Part shown: positions 43,080 through 54,256 of the stretch, piece by piece
How positions within the stretch are numbered: the stretch's first letter is position 1
Layout of the letters: each line of letters starts with the position of its first letter
Assembly (NCBI GenBank): GCA_947501605.1
Contig: CANMWZ010000020.1
Span: 15,676-79,675, forward strand
Length of the DNA: 64,000 nucleotides
Source of the DNA: Planctomycetota bacterium
GTDB lineage: Bacteria > Planctomycetota > UBA1135 > UBA2386
Direction: 5' to 3'
Position numbers and translations under genes: made by a program
Notes under the pieces: generated by a model
Seen by the model: only the letters and a program-made list of their open reading frames with translations
Databases searched by the model: none
What the model was told of the DNA's origin: nothing

Positions 43080-43326
43080 GCGCGACCCACTCGTAGGTTT
43101 CGGCGCCTCCGGCGCGGGCCCGCGCCACGGTTGTCGTGCGCGAGGCCACGACACGGCGGCGGCAGCCGCTGGCACGCTGGCAACCACGTCTAGCCAATCG
43201 CCGCGCGCCGCCCCGCAATACCAATGCGGTGCGCCTCAGGCGCGAACCTCGTCGAGCGCATCTGCGCGCCATTGGCACAAGGTGCCCCCCTGTGCGGATT
43301 CGCAATCGCTCCTAGGCTCTGCAGCC

Positions 43327-43743
43327 ATGAGCACCTTCCGCACCACACGACTTCGTCGCACGCCCCCGCCATCGGGCGATCCGTGCCAACTCTTGCGCAG
43401 TTACTCCTGCGACCTTGCCGAGGCCGCGCGCGATGTGGTGACACGGTGCCGAGGTGCGCGCGTGTGCGGCTTGATCGTGGCGCCTGGTGCGGTGCTTGGC
43501 ACGACGTTGCGGGCGCTGTTGTGGCAGTGCCATGGTGAAGCCGACGAACGCGCGACCTGCGTCGGACTCGTGGAACTCAGCGCCTTGGCGGAACTGCTGC
43601 GTTCCAACGGATCGCTTCATGCGGTGATCGCCGCGATGCGCACCGTGCCGGAAAACGTGCTACCGATCGTCGTCGCGACCGCCACCGGTGTGCGCGTGAG
43701 TTCGGTCGCGTGCCGGGGAGTCGGCGCCGCGGCGAGCGCATAG
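43327..43743 (+). CDS. Hypothetical protein
   Basis: Fills the intergenic gap on the same strand as its neighbours. No recognisable motif. Confidence 0.4.
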   Translation: MSTFRTTRLRRTPPPSGDPCQLLRSYSCDLAEAARDVVTRCRGARVCGLIVAPGAVLGTTLRALLWQCHGEADERATCVGLVELSALAELLRSNGSLHAVIAAMRTVPENVLPIVVATATGVRVSSVACRGVGAAASA

Positions 43744-43860
43744 ACCCTCGTCGCCGGCCGAACCCGTCACCGGGGTGCGGCGTTGCGAACGCAGCGATGC
43801 GACCGAGTTGGGGCATTCGGTCACGACGACTGCTTGCTAACATTGCCACGCTTCCTCTGC

Positions 43861-46644
43861 ATGCGCGTCCCCACTCCGCTGAAGGCCCTGCTGCTGCTCG
43901 CCGCCCTTGCACTGGTAGCGATCGCGATGTTGGCACAAGGTGACGGCGCTCCGCCGCCACCCGTTGACGACGCCAACGTGAACGACGCCATCAGCCAAGG
44001 CAGCGACGCTTCGATCGCCGAGGCCAGCGCCACCACGGGCGAGCGCCTCGAAGTGGACGCCGATGTCGAACCTCCCGCACCAGAAGGGAGCGGGCGCATG
44101 GCGGTCGATGCGGACGACGACGAACCGCCGCCGACGGAGGGCCCGCTGGTGCGCGTCGAACGCCGCGACGCGGCAGGCAAGCCGCAGCCAGCCGCCGACG
44201 TGGAAGTCGCGTGGGTATTGCTCGAGGAAGGCAATCGCCGCGCCAGCGAGTTGCCCGCAGCCCAGCAACGACCGCGCGAAAGCGAGATGCCGCAGCAGTT
44301 CGGCCAGAAGGCACGGACTGGCAGCGACGGCACACTGCGGTTGCCGCCCTTGCTCGGCGACACCTGCGTGGCGGCCAGTGCGACCTTGCTGTTCGCCTAC
44401 CAACGAGTCGAGCGCCGCCACAAAGAAGTCCGCCTGCTGCTCGAGCCGGACGAGACGTTGACGCTGCTCGTGATCGACGGTCAGGATCGCCGCCAGAAGC
44501 AAGTACCGCTGGCCCTGTCGTGGACGGCGGAGAACGAGCCGCCGAATGCGTTCTGGCGCGGCCTCAGCGATGCCCGCGGCGAGGCGATCGTGCGCCACTT
44601 CCAACTGGTGCGACCCGGCGGCAAGAATGCGGAACGCTTCGTGGCCAGCATCGCCGCGCCACTGCAGGAACCCTCGGCCGTGGAGTTCGCGGCTCGCCCG
44701 GCGCCTGCCGATCCCGTTCGCCTGCAGCTGACGGCGACGCGTTCGCTCGCCGTCGCGATCCTCCATAGCCGCGGCGCGCCACTGTTGGCGCCGCTAGGCC
44801 TCACGCTGATCGCCGAGCGCAAGCTCGATCCCAAATGGGCCGCGATGCTGCCGCGCGGCTTTGACCGCCTGCGCGCCGACAAGCGACTGGGCCGCGAGCC
44901 GGCGCTGTTCGCGCACGTCGGCGTCGGCATGACGGTCCGCGCCTACGTGCGTTTGCCCAGCGAGGAGCGCCCGCGCGATCTCGGCCCCATTCCGATCCCG
45001 AGCGACGACAGTGGCCCGCTGACGGTGCAACTGCGCCTGCCCGACGACGTCCGCGTCATCGCCTTGCGCGCGACCGCGGCCGACGGTTCGCCGCTCGGCA
45101 ATGCCGACTTGCCGTGGCAGCTGCGACTGCCGCGCTCTCCCGGGCAGAGCGGCAACCTGCAGACGCTCGCCGACGGCAGCGGGGACTTCCTGGTGCCGAG
45201 CGAAGGCGACCCCAACGCCCCACTGTCAGCCGACCCGATGACCCTGGTGTTGCGCGAGACGATCGACCCGACGACCGTGCTCGGGGCCACTGTGCCGCTC
45301 TCCGTGCTGGTGCGCGGCGAACGCCGCGACCTCGGCACGGTCGCGATGAAGCCCGAGCCGTTGCTGGCGCGCGGCCGCGTCGTCGACGATCGCGGCGAGC
45401 CCCGCATCAACACCCGCGTGCACGTCGAGCTTGCCTTGCAAACCGACGACGGCGAACGCTGGAACCCGGCGCCGCATCTGCAGAAGCAAACCGCCGAAGA
45501 TGGCACGTTCGCGTTTTTTGCCCCAGCACCAACGCAGCAGTTCCGTCTCGTGGCAGCGAGCGCTGGGGATCACTTCACCGGCCTCACGGGACCACTGTCG
45601 CCAGGCGCCGTGGTCCTACTGGTGCAGCCCCGCGCCGGCATCCTTCAGGGGCGCGTGATCCCGCCGCGGGATACCCCCGAGAACTCGATCACCCTTGCGC
45701 TCGTGCGCGAGGACCCCACGTCGCAGGAGCGGCGACCCACCCGCCCGAACTCGACCCCGATCCGTCGGCGCAACGGCTACTTCTGGCTCGGCAACCTGCA
45801 GCCCGGCCTCTACACCGCGACCGTCGCAATGCGCGGCTTGCCGTCGCCCTTGGCGACGTTCGCGTCGGTGCGCATCGACCCCGGGACCAACGAGGATGGG
45901 CGGCTGTCGCCGCTCGATCTCTCGTCCTCGCTCCACCGCTACCGCCTGCGCGCCGTCTCGCCGAATGGTCAGCCACTGACCGCGCTCGACGGCCCCATCC
46001 TGTGGCAGCACCAGCCAGCCGGTGCAGAAGGGCCGAACTTCGCAGCGTTCCGCTGGCAGCAGGGCAAAGCCGACTTCTTCTTGCCGGTGGCCTTCGCGGA
46101 CTTCGTTCTGGTTGGTCAGGGCTTTGCCTCGACCTCCGTGGCTCTCGCCGCCGGCGAACGCGACGTGCTGCTGCAACCGATCACGCCCTACCCGATCGAA
46201 CTCCCGGGCGTGCGGTCCCTCGCCGGACCCGTTCGCAGCATCCGCGTGTCGGCGGTGTTCACCGGCGAAACCGGGTTGCCGCAAGGCATCGGCGGCCAGG
46301 ATCAACAGAAGGGCGAGGGGTTCTCGTTCCCTCGCTGGCAGCTCGGCAAGAGCGGCGGCGGTTGGCTCGACCGCGCCGATCGGACTGACCTCGTGGTCTC
46401 GCGCTCGGGACCGCACGAGCTGACGCTGCGACTCTACGAAGGCGAAGCTCGCGACGGGCGGCAGATGGCCATCCCGCTGGGCACCCACGAACTCCTGGTC
46501 GACGGCTCGGCGCTACGGCCACTCGTGCTGCCGGTCGACTTCGCACAGTTGCAGCAGGCGCTGCAGTCGCTGGCGCCGCGACCAGACCAAGGTCCGCGGA
46601 TCACGCCGCAGCCGGGCCGCGACCCAAACCGCCGACGCGGTTGA
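43861..46644 (+). CDS. Large exported Ig-like/carboxypeptidase-regulatory-like repeat protein
   Basis: Signal/TM, acidic linker, repeated units (TGSDGTL, DGSPL, GRVVDDRGEP, TAEDGTF, LQPGLY). Confidence 0.72.
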   Translation: MRVPTPLKALLLLAALALVAIAMLAQGDGAPPPPVDDANVNDAISQGSDASIAEASATTGERLEVDADVEPPAPEGSGRMAVDADDDEPPPTEGPLVRVERRDAAGKPQPAADVEVAWVLLEEGNRRASELPAAQQRPRESEMPQQFGQKARTGSDGTLRLPPLLGDTCVAASATLLFAYQRVERRHKEVRLLLEPDETLTLLVIDGQDRRQKQVPLALSWTAENEPPNAFWRGLSDARGEAIVRHFQLVRPGGKNAERFVASIAAPLQEPSAVEFAARPAPADPVRLQLTATRSLAVAILHSRGAPLLAPLGLTLIAERKLDPKWAAMLPRGFDRLRADKRLGREPALFAHVGVGMTVRAYVRLPSEERPRDLGPIPIPSDDSGPLTVQLRLPDDVRVIALRATAADGSPLGNADLPWQLRLPRSPGQSGNLQTLADGSGDFLVPSEGDPNAPLSADPMTLVLRETIDPTTVLGATVPLSVLVRGERRDLGTVAMKPEPLLARGRVVDDRGEPRINTRVHVELALQTDDGERWNPAPHLQKQTAEDGTFAFFAPAPTQQFRLVAASAGDHFTGLTGPLSPGAVVLLVQPRAGILQGRVIPPRDTPENSITLALVREDPTSQERRPTRPNSTPIRRRNGYFWLGNLQPGLYTATVAMRGLPSPLATFASVRIDPGTNEDGRLSPLDLSSSLHRYRLRAVSPNGQPLTALDGPILWQHQPAGAEGPNFAAFRWQQGKADFFLPVAFADFVLVGQGFASTSVALAAGERDVLLQPITPYPIELPGVRSLAGPVRSIRVSAVFTGETGLPQGIGGQDQQKGEGFSFPRWQLGKSGGGWLDRADRTDLVVSRSGPHELTLRLYEGEARDGRQMAIPLGTHELLVDGSALRPLVLPVDFAQLQQALQSLAPRPDQGPRITPQPGRDPNRRRG

Positions 46645-46718
46645 GACAGCGGACTCGCATCAGCCCGTCCCGCTCGCTAGTCTGCCCCCTCGCCGCAGGC
46701 AGGCTCGGCACCGCTACG

Positions 46719-47084
46719 ATGGCAAAGGCGCGCAACGACGACAACACGAAATTCCCCCCGGTGGTCGCGTGGCTCGGCCTCACCCTGGCGGTCGTGTTGT
46801 TCTTGAGCAACACCGTGCCGGCGGTGCGGGAACGCGCCGAGCTCCGGGCCACGGCCACGGACTTGCAGCAACTGCGGCAGCAGTATGACGCCGCCATCGC
46901 GCACGCCACGGCGGCGATGCCCGGCCCCAAGGGTGAGCAGGACTTGCAGTCCGTGCTGGTTGCCATCGATCGCATCGGCTGGACCCCGGCCGAGCTCCTG
47001 CGCTGCTATCCCGAACCAGTCGCCGAGACCATGGCCGTCGACGACCTCGACGCGCCGTCGAACGAGCCGCCGCAGGCGCGCTGA
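46719..47084 (+). CDS. Small bitopic membrane protein with coiled coil
   Basis: Short N-tail, one TM (VVAWLGLTLAVVLFL), heptad segment RERAELRATATDLQQLRQQYD. Confidence 0.6.
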   Translation: MAKARNDDNTKFPPVVAWLGLTLAVVLFLSNTVPAVRERAELRATATDLQQLRQQYDAAIAHATAAMPGPKGEQDLQSVLVAIDRIGWTPAELLRCYPEPVAETMAVDDLDAPSNEPPQAR

Positions 47085-47278
47085 AGTCGGCCGCCGCCGC
47101 CCTCGCCGTTGCCGACGCAAGATGCTGTTGTGGCGGAGGAACTGACAAGAACGCTCGTCCTCCGGGCCCGCGCGATCGCTACGCTCCGCGGCCGACGTTC
47201 GCACGTTCTCTACTCGCTGCGTAGAGCGCCCTGCGGCGCGCCCGCGAACCGGCCGACCGACCCCTTCTCCAGAACACC

Positions 47279-48328
<1,050 letters not shown>

Positions 48329-48395
48329 GCCGAGCCAGAGGACCACGGCGGCGCGGACCGCGCCACCGGCCAGTCGCCCCCACCGGAGCCGCGCG

Positions 48396-49310
48396 ATGAC
48401 GGAAGCGAACACGAACTACCTGGACCCCAAGGTCCTCAACAAGGTCGGCCGCCTCGAGCTGCGCGCTCGGCTCGTCGTCGAGGGCTTCGTGACCGGCATG
48501 CACAAGTCGCCGTTCCGCGGCTTCTCGGTCGAGTTCGCGCAACATCGCGAGTACGTGCCCGGCGACGACCTGCGCTACCTCGACTGGAAGATCTACGGCA
48601 AGTCGGACCGCTTCGTCATCAAACAGTTCGAGGAGGAGACCAACCTCCGCGCCCACCTGTTCCTCGACCAAAGCGAGTCGATGAACTACGCCCACGACGG
48701 TGGCATGTCGAAGTTTGATTACGGCGCCACGGCGGTCGCGGCCCTTGCCTACATGATTCAGCAGCAAGCCGACGCCGTCGGCTTGACGCTGTTCGACGAG
48801 AAGGTCGCCCGCCAGATCCCGCCGTCGAACACTCGCGCCAACCTCGGCAACATCTTCCAGTCGCTGGAAGCCGCCAAGGCACGCAACCAGAAGACCAAGA
48901 TCGGCACCGTGCTGCACGAGCTGAGCAGCCAACTGCGCCAGCGCGGCATGGTGATGATCTTCAGCGACCTGTTCGATGCCCCGGCGGAGGTCTTGAAAGG
49001 TCTGCGCGAGATCGCGCAGCGCGGCCACGACGTCGTCGTGTTCCACGTGCTCGACAAGGACGAAGTCGAGTTCCCGTTCGAGCGCATGACCTTGTTCCAG
49101 GGTCTCGAGCAGATGCCCGAACTGCTCGTCGATCCGAAGTCGCTGCGCGATGCCTACCTCGCCGAGATCGAGGGCTTTCAAGAGGCCATCAAGAAGGGCT
49201 GCCAGCAGCATCGCATCGACTATGTGCGCGTCGTCAACAGCCAACCGCTCGACGTCGCGCTGACCTCGTACCTGACGGCGCGAGCAGCGCGCCGCAAGCG
49301 GCGGAAGTAA
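48396..49310 (+). CDS. DUF58 domain (vWA-like) protein
   Basis: GFSVEFAQHREYVPGDDLRYLDWK, KQFEEETN, MIDAS DQSES, FSDLF. Confidence 0.93.
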   Translation: MTEANTNYLDPKVLNKVGRLELRARLVVEGFVTGMHKSPFRGFSVEFAQHREYVPGDDLRYLDWKIYGKSDRFVIKQFEEETNLRAHLFLDQSESMNYAHDGGMSKFDYGATAVAALAYMIQQQADAVGLTLFDEKVARQIPPSNTRANLGNIFQSLEAAKARNQKTKIGTVLHELSSQLRQRGMVMIFSDLFDAPAEVLKGLREIAQRGHDVVVFHVLDKDEVEFPFERMTLFQGLEQMPELLVDPKSLRDAYLAEIEGFQEAIKKGCQQHRIDYVRVVNSQPLDVALTSYLTARAARRKRRK

Positions 49311-49313
49311 CCC

Positions 49314-51623
49314 GTGCAGTTCCTGAACCCAGGTCTTGTCGCGGGCGCACTGCTGTTCGCGGTGCCGCTGGTCATCCACCTGCTCAACCGGCAGCGCCAC
49401 AAGCGCCGCGACTGGGCGGCCATGGAGTTCTTGCTCCGCGCCTTTCAGAAGACGCGCAATCGGCTGCGCAACGAGAACCTGCTGTTGCTGCTGCTGCGCT
49501 GCCTGATCCCGATCGTGCTGGCGCTGGCGCTGGCTCGACCGGTACTGCAGAGCGTTGCCGCGCTGATCGGTCAGGGTGGTTCGGTGCACCACGTGGTCGT
49601 GCTCGATCAGAGCTACAGCATGGGACTGCAGCGCGACGGCGCCCCGAGCCCGTCCGAACGCGGCCGCGCCATGGTCGCGCGCTTGCTCGAAGACCTGCAG
49701 AGCCGGCCAGAAGCCGCCGACAAGGTCACCCTGGTGACCGCCGGAGTACGGCCGCGCTTCGTCGTGTTGAAAGAACTCAATCTGACGTTGGCCAAGGCAC
49801 TGTGGCAGGAACTGCCGCGCACCGAAGATGCCGCATCGGAGTTGGCGCCAGCCTTGCTGCAGGTGGCGCAAGCGCTCGACGAAGACGGCGAGACCAACGT
49901 CCAGATCCACGTCATCAGCGATCTGCAGATGCGGTCGTTTGGCAAGGCACTGCAGCCGACCACGGAAGCCGCCACCACCACCGGCCCCGATTTCACCGAC
50001 ACGCTGCGCGACACCGTCGAACGCCTGCGCACCCGCGACGGCACGCAGGTGCACTGGATCGATGTCGGGCCGATGGCGGAGCAGAAGCTTGGAGGCAGCA
50101 TCGACAACGGGCAACTGACTGGCCTGCGCTGCGACCAACCCATCGCGCTGTCGCGCACGCCAATCGTGATCGTCGCATCCCTGCGAAACCGCAGCGCGGC
50201 GCGAGCCACCGTGCAAGTAACCCTCGACGTGGACGGCGCCGAGCCCGCCCGCAAACAGGTACAACTCGAAGCCGGCGCCGAAGGCGAAGCCGAGTTCCAG
50301 ATCACGCTGCGCGAACCTGGCCGCCACCGCCTGCATGCCGCCATCGAACAGGACGGGCTCGACGCCGACGACGAGTGGCACACGGTACTCGACGTGCGCG
50401 ATCGTCTCCGCGTGCTGGTGGTCGACGGCGCCGCCGACGACGACCCGCTGAAGACGCAATCCTATTTCTGGCGCGGCATGCTGGATCCGGCGGACCTCGG
50501 TGCGCGCACCGCCGAGCGCGAACTCGCTGGCGCACTCGGCATGTTCGACGTCACGGTCATCGATACGCTGGCGCTGCTGTCGGGCCAACAAACCCCAGCC
50601 GACTACGACGTCACGATCCTCGCCGACGTCGATCGCCTCAACGAGCGCGCCACCGACGGCCTCGAGCGTGCACTGCGGGCGGGCAAGGGCGTGCTGGTGA
50701 CGATCGGTCGCCGAGCGGATCCAGCGAGCTACGACCAGCAGCTGTTCGCTGCTGGCGAAGGCCCGATGCCCTTCCGCTTGGGCCAAAGGTCCGGCGCCGC
50801 GCAGGGGTCGGCAACGCCGCGTTCGCCGTCGATCCAACTGCCGAACCACGCCACGTTGCGCGAGTTCGATGAAGCGGTCTATCGCGAGATCCTGCAGGCC
50901 ATCCCGGTCTATCAGTGGTACGCGACGGCCGCGGATTCGCTGACCGAACGCGCCGAAGTCGTGCTGCGGCTGTCCGATCCCGACCAGTCGCCGCTGCTGG
51001 TTACCACCACCTTCGACGGTGGCCGCGCCGCCTTCCTGTCGAGCGCTCCCGGCTCCGAGTACGACGGCCAGCGCTGGAATCGCCTCGACGATCCGTTCGT
51101 GGCGTTCCCCCTGCTGCACGGCTTGGTCCAGTGGCTCGCGCTGCCGGCACAAGACGCCTTCCACGTCGAGGTCGGCGCCGAACTGACGTGCTCGCTGCCG
51201 GCGCGCCCCACCGACATCGAAGTGCTCCTGCCAGAGCGCGCATCGGGCAAGAAGCTGCCGATCTCCACCGAACCGCGCGCGCTCCCCGGCGGTCGCTACG
51301 CACTGCCACCGTTCTCGCAGACGACGATGGCCGGCTTCTACACGATCGAACTCCAACTGGAGCGCGACACGGGCAAGGAGCCGTCGACCCAACACTTCGC
51401 GGTGCATGTCGATCCCGAGGAGGGCGCGCTCGACTACGCGCCACACGCCAATGTGCAGCAAGCGCTGTCGCTCGACACGGTCCACACTTCGATGCCGAAA
51501 GAGACCGAGCGAGCAGCAGACGCCGACGATGACGAACTCGCTCCGTCCTTGCTGCTGATGACTCTGCTGCTGGTGCTCGGCGAAGCCGCGATGGCCCGCT
51601 ACGTCTCGGTACGGAGGAGCTGA
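49314..51623 (+). CDS. BatA-domain / vWA membrane protein
   Basis: FLNP..AVPLVIHLLNR..WAAMEFL..LLLLLRCL BatA N-terminus; MIDAS DQSYS; ISDLQ; C-terminal TM with E. Confidence 0.88.
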   Translation: MQFLNPGLVAGALLFAVPLVIHLLNRQRHKRRDWAAMEFLLRAFQKTRNRLRNENLLLLLLRCLIPIVLALALARPVLQSVAALIGQGGSVHHVVVLDQSYSMGLQRDGAPSPSERGRAMVARLLEDLQSRPEAADKVTLVTAGVRPRFVVLKELNLTLAKALWQELPRTEDAASELAPALLQVAQALDEDGETNVQIHVISDLQMRSFGKALQPTTEAATTTGPDFTDTLRDTVERLRTRDGTQVHWIDVGPMAEQKLGGSIDNGQLTGLRCDQPIALSRTPIVIVASLRNRSAARATVQVTLDVDGAEPARKQVQLEAGAEGEAEFQITLREPGRHRLHAAIEQDGLDADDEWHTVLDVRDRLRVLVVDGAADDDPLKTQSYFWRGMLDPADLGARTAERELAGALGMFDVTVIDTLALLSGQQTPADYDVTILADVDRLNERATDGLERALRAGKGVLVTIGRRADPASYDQQLFAAGEGPMPFRLGQRSGAAQGSATPRSPSIQLPNHATLREFDEAVYREILQAIPVYQWYATAADSLTERAEVVLRLSDPDQSPLLVTTTFDGGRAAFLSSAPGSEYDGQRWNRLDDPFVAFPLLHGLVQWLALPAQDAFHVEVGAELTCSLPARPTDIEVLLPERASGKKLPISTEPRALPGGRYALPPFSQTTMAGFYTIELQLERDTGKEPSTQHFAVHVDPEEGALDYAPHANVQQALSLDTVHTSMPKETERAADADDDELAPSLLLMTLLLVLGEAAMARYVSVRRS

Positions 51624-51626
51624 TCG

Positions 51627-54083
51627 ATGCCTGTTCCATCTGCATCGACCGGGTTCTGGGCGCGACTGCTGCCGGGCGCATCGGACGCGCTGCTCGTGCC
51701 GCAGCAGGGCGAGACCACCCACGTCGAGGAGACCTTCCGCTTCCTGTGGTTGCCGCCGCTGTGGTTTCTGGCCCTCGTCGTCGTGCCCGCGGTCGTGCTG
51801 GCCGCCTGGTGGTCCTACACCGGAATGCAGCGGCTCGAACGGCGCACGCGCGTCGTGCTCGCCACGATTCGCGGCCTTGCCATCGCGCTCTGCTGCGTGC
51901 TGTTGTTCCAGCCAGCCTGGGAAACGACCACCTATCGCAAGACCCAGAACCAAGTGCACGTGCTGATCGATGACAGCGCCAGCATGTCGCGGAAGGACAG
52001 CTACCCCGGCACCGACCGGCTCGAGACCTTGCAGCGGTTGTTGCCAGGCAGCGAGCCGGGCCAACTGTCGCGAGCGGAGCTTGTTGCCGACGTCCTGCAA
52101 ACCAAGGATGGCCTCCTCGAACAACTGGCGAAGAACCACGACGTTCGGCTGTTTCGCGTGCAGCGCAAGCCTTTGCCGATTCGCGAACTGGGCGAGCTCA
52201 CCGCCCGCGGCAATCGCACCCAACTCGGCGACGCGCTCGATGTGCACCTTGCGACCGCAGCCAGCAGCAACCTCGATGCTGTGATCCTGATCAGCGACGG
52301 TCGCAGCAACTCCGGCCTCGACCCGGTGGAGGTCGCTGCCCGTTACGGCTTGCGTGGCGTGCCGGTCCACACCATCGGCGTCGGCGACCCAGAGCCGCCT
52401 CGCAATGCCTGGATCGTCGGCCCACCCGGCCCCAAAGAAGCGCTGCGCCAGGAGACGGTCGCCTTCGACGTCACGGTCCGCGCCGAAGGCCTCGCGGCCA
52501 AGTCCACCCGCGTGGAACTGCACGGCGGCAAGGACGGCGGCGCCCAGCAGGTGCTCACCGCGGTCACGATCGACCTGCCCGAGGACGGCGCGCCGCTGCC
52601 GGTCCGCCTTTCGCACGCGTTCGAGCAAGCCGGCGACTGGACGCTGCGTTTCCAATTGGTGCCCCTGCCCGAGGAGAGTCAGACCGACGACAACGAGGAC
52701 ACGCGCTTCCTCCGCGTCAACGATGAGCGCATCCGCGTGCTCTACCTCGAGGACCTGCCGCGCTGGGAGTACCGCTACGTCCACAACGCGCTGCAACGCG
52801 TCGACCCGAGCATCCAGATGCAGGCGGTGCTGTTCGACGCGAGCCCGAAGTTCGTGCAGGAGCACAGCGACGAGCTGCCGCCATTGAAGGACATCCCGCG
52901 CACCGAGAAGGAACTGCTGCAGTACCACGTGGTGTTGATCGGGGACCTCGCCCCGGAGCGCATCGCGCCCACCGAAGAGGGCGTGCGCAGCTGGCTCGAG
53001 ATGCTCGTTCGCTTCGTCGAGTTCGGCGGCGGTGCCGGCTTTCTCTACGGCCCGCAGGCGATGCCCGAACGCTACCGCAACACACCGCTGCAGGACTTGC
53101 TGCCAGTCGTGCTCGAGGACCCGGTCTGGTTGTCGAACCCGCGCAACAAGCGTCCGACCGATGCTGCGTTTCGACCGCTGCTCGACAACCCGCTGCAACC
53201 GCACGAGATCCTGATGCTGCAGCGCGACCCGGCGATGAACCGACGGTTGTGGGAAGAGGGCTTGCCCGGTTTCCGCGTGTCGTATCCCGTGTTGCGCGCG
53301 AAGCCAGGCGCCACGGTCTTGCTACGCCACCCGACGGACGAGAACCGCTACGGCAAGCGCCCGCTGGCGGTGGTCTCACCGCATCCGCGCGGCACTACGT
53401 TCTTCATCGCCACCGACGAGACCTGGATCTGGCGCTACCCGTATGGCGAGCTCTACCAGGACGCTTTCTGGCGCAACGTCGTACGCCACCTCGCGCAGGG
53501 TCGCCTGCAGCGCCGCTTCGACCTGCTCGAGCTCAGCGTCGACAAGATCGTGCTCGAGACGGGCGACAAGGTTCGCGTGCAACTGCGCGTGCAGGACAGC
53601 GAGCTGCAACCTGCGACCGCGCAGGAGCAGCCGATCTTCTTGCGCGATCAGAAAGGCAGCATCGAACGCCGCGCGCTGCGCAGCACGCCGGGCGAACCGG
53701 GCATGTTCCAGGCCACGTTCACGATGAACGACCCTGGGGCCTTCAGCTTCCTCGTCTTCCAGAACCAGAACCCTGCGGATGCAGTGCAAGCCCGCGAGGA
53801 CGTGGTGGTGCGACTGCCCGACCGCGAACTCGCCGACAGCAGTCAGGATCAGGCGACTCTGGAGCGCATCGCCGAGGCGTCATCGAGCCCGGACAACAAG
53901 GCTCGGCACGTGTTCCTCGCCGACGCCGGCGTCCTCGCCGCCGAGTTTGCCGGCCGCAAGGCCTACGAAAGTCGCGAGGAGACACGCACAAGGCCAGCTT
54001 GGGACCAGCTTGGTTCGTTGCTCGCCGTGCTCACGTTGCTCGCCGCCGAGTGGATCCTGCGCAAGCGGGCACGACTCGTCTGA
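51627..54083 (+). CDS. vWA + GATase1-like domain membrane protein
   Basis: Two N-terminal TMs; MIDAS DDSAS; ISDGRSN; HTIGVG; RVLYLEDLPRWEYRY; ETWIWR; C-terminal LAAEWILRKR. Confidence 0.85.
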   Translation: MPVPSASTGFWARLLPGASDALLVPQQGETTHVEETFRFLWLPPLWFLALVVVPAVVLAAWWSYTGMQRLERRTRVVLATIRGLAIALCCVLLFQPAWETTTYRKTQNQVHVLIDDSASMSRKDSYPGTDRLETLQRLLPGSEPGQLSRAELVADVLQTKDGLLEQLAKNHDVRLFRVQRKPLPIRELGELTARGNRTQLGDALDVHLATAASSNLDAVILISDGRSNSGLDPVEVAARYGLRGVPVHTIGVGDPEPPRNAWIVGPPGPKEALRQETVAFDVTVRAEGLAAKSTRVELHGGKDGGAQQVLTAVTIDLPEDGAPLPVRLSHAFEQAGDWTLRFQLVPLPEESQTDDNEDTRFLRVNDERIRVLYLEDLPRWEYRYVHNALQRVDPSIQMQAVLFDASPKFVQEHSDELPPLKDIPRTEKELLQYHVVLIGDLAPERIAPTEEGVRSWLEMLVRFVEFGGGAGFLYGPQAMPERYRNTPLQDLLPVVLEDPVWLSNPRNKRPTDAAFRPLLDNPLQPHEILMLQRDPAMNRRLWEEGLPGFRVSYPVLRAKPGATVLLRHPTDENRYGKRPLAVVSPHPRGTTFFIATDETWIWRYPYGELYQDAFWRNVVRHLAQGRLQRRFDLLELSVDKIVLETGDKVRVQLRVQDSELQPATAQEQPIFLRDQKGSIERRALRSTPGEPGMFQATFTMNDPGAFSFLVFQNQNPADAVQAREDVVVRLPDRELADSSQDQATLERIAEASSSPDNKARHVFLADAGVLAAEFAGRKAYESREETRTRPAWDQLGSLLAVLTLLAAEWILRKRARLV

Positions 54084-54256
54084 AGCCTGCGCGCGCCGAA
54101 ACCTGTCGAAGTTCTCACCACTCCCCCCCGTCTGCTGACCCCGTCCAGCTCGCTGCAGCCTGCAACTTCGACCCTGCTCACCGGTATTCAGAGCAGCCAG
54201 ACCGACGTTCCTACCGATCCCCTCTGCGGCCCGCCGCCCGTTCGCCTCGAACGACC

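Noticed and set aside
43272..43288. TTGGCACAAGGTGCC as a sigma-54 promoter
   Set aside because: No GC at the -12 position. It is only a short GGCAC/GTGCC dyad.
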